64,000 nt of DNA, from sequence record NC_027349.1. One strand, written 5' to 3'. Position 1 is the stretch's first letter, and each line of letters starts with the position of its first letter. The DNA comes from Escherichia phage HY01. The notes under the pieces were generated by a model. The model saw only the letters and a program-made list of their open reading frames with translations. It was not told the origin of the DNA and searched no databases. Positions 63,566 to 64,000 of the stretch are shown in pieces. The translations under genes and the position numbers were made by a program.

Positions 63566-64000
63566 ATGACTTTATTATCTCCGGGCATTGAGCTCAAAGA
63601 AACTACGGTTCAAAGCACCGTGGTTAATAACTCTACTGGTACAGCAGCTTTGGCCGGTAAATTCCAGTGGGGTCCTGCTTTTCAGATTAAACAGGTTACA
63701 AATGAAGTAGATTTAGTTAATACTTTTGGTCAACCTACAGCTGAAACTGCTGATTATTTTATGTCTGCAATGAATTTCTTACAATATGGAAATGATTTGC
63801 GAGTTGTGCGCGCTGTCGATAGAGATACCGCTAAAAACTCATCTCCGATTGCTGGTAATATTGAATACACTATTTCTACCCCAGGTAGTAACTACGCGGT
63901 TGGAGATAAAATCACGGTTAAGTATGTTTCAGAAGATGTTGAAACAGAATGTAAAGTTACCGAAGTAGATGCTGATGGAAAAATTAAGAAAATTAATATT
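63566..64000 (+). CDS. 18: Tail sheath protein gp18, N-terminal part (continues beyond window end)
   Basis: Manual translation MTLLSPGIELKETTVQSTVVNNSTGTAALAGKFQWGPAFQIKQV matches the T4 gp18 N-terminus; no stop in window. Confidence 0.9.
   Translation, partial: MTLLSPGIELKETTVQSTVVNNSTGTAALAGKFQWGPAFQIKQVTNEVDLVNTFGQPTAETADYFMSAMNFLQYGNDLRVVRAVDRDTAKNSSPIAGNIEYTISTPGSNYAVGDKITVKYVSEDVETECKVTEVDADGKIKKINI

Overview
This window is a contiguous segment of a T4-like (T-even, Tequatrovirus-type) myophage genome, recognised from protein sequences and gene order. Positions 1-42958 are a minus-strand early/middle block running gene 46 -> 47 -> a-gt -> 55 -> nrdH/nrdG/nrdD -> 49 -> nrdC -> hypervariable island -> rI -> tk -> regB -> denV -> e -> nudE -> tRNA cluster with segB -> ipI -> 57B/57A -> 1 -> 3 -> 2 -> 4. 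Positions 43006-64000 are the plus-strand late morphogenesis block 53, 5, 5.1, 5.4, 6-12, wac, 13-17 and the start of 18. It is not T4 itself as I recall it: nrdD is an uninterrupted 605-aa ORF (no intron), no HNH mob genes sit where I remember mobC and mobD, the tRNA set differs (Tyr and Asn present, Pro not found), and internal-protein genes sit in different places. I did not find a clearly foreign, self-contained new system. The best candidates for undescribed biology are in the hypervariable islands: four tandem genes with C-terminal coiled coils, a P-loop ATPase next to a Pol-beta-type nucleotidyltransferase-like protein, tandem paralog families, and cassette-like units bounded by repeated promoter and terminator hairpins. 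All homology statements are from reading the translations and from memory; no database search was run. Coordinates I derived by hand (tRNAs, promoters, terminators, sub-60-aa ORFs) may be off by 1-2 nt.
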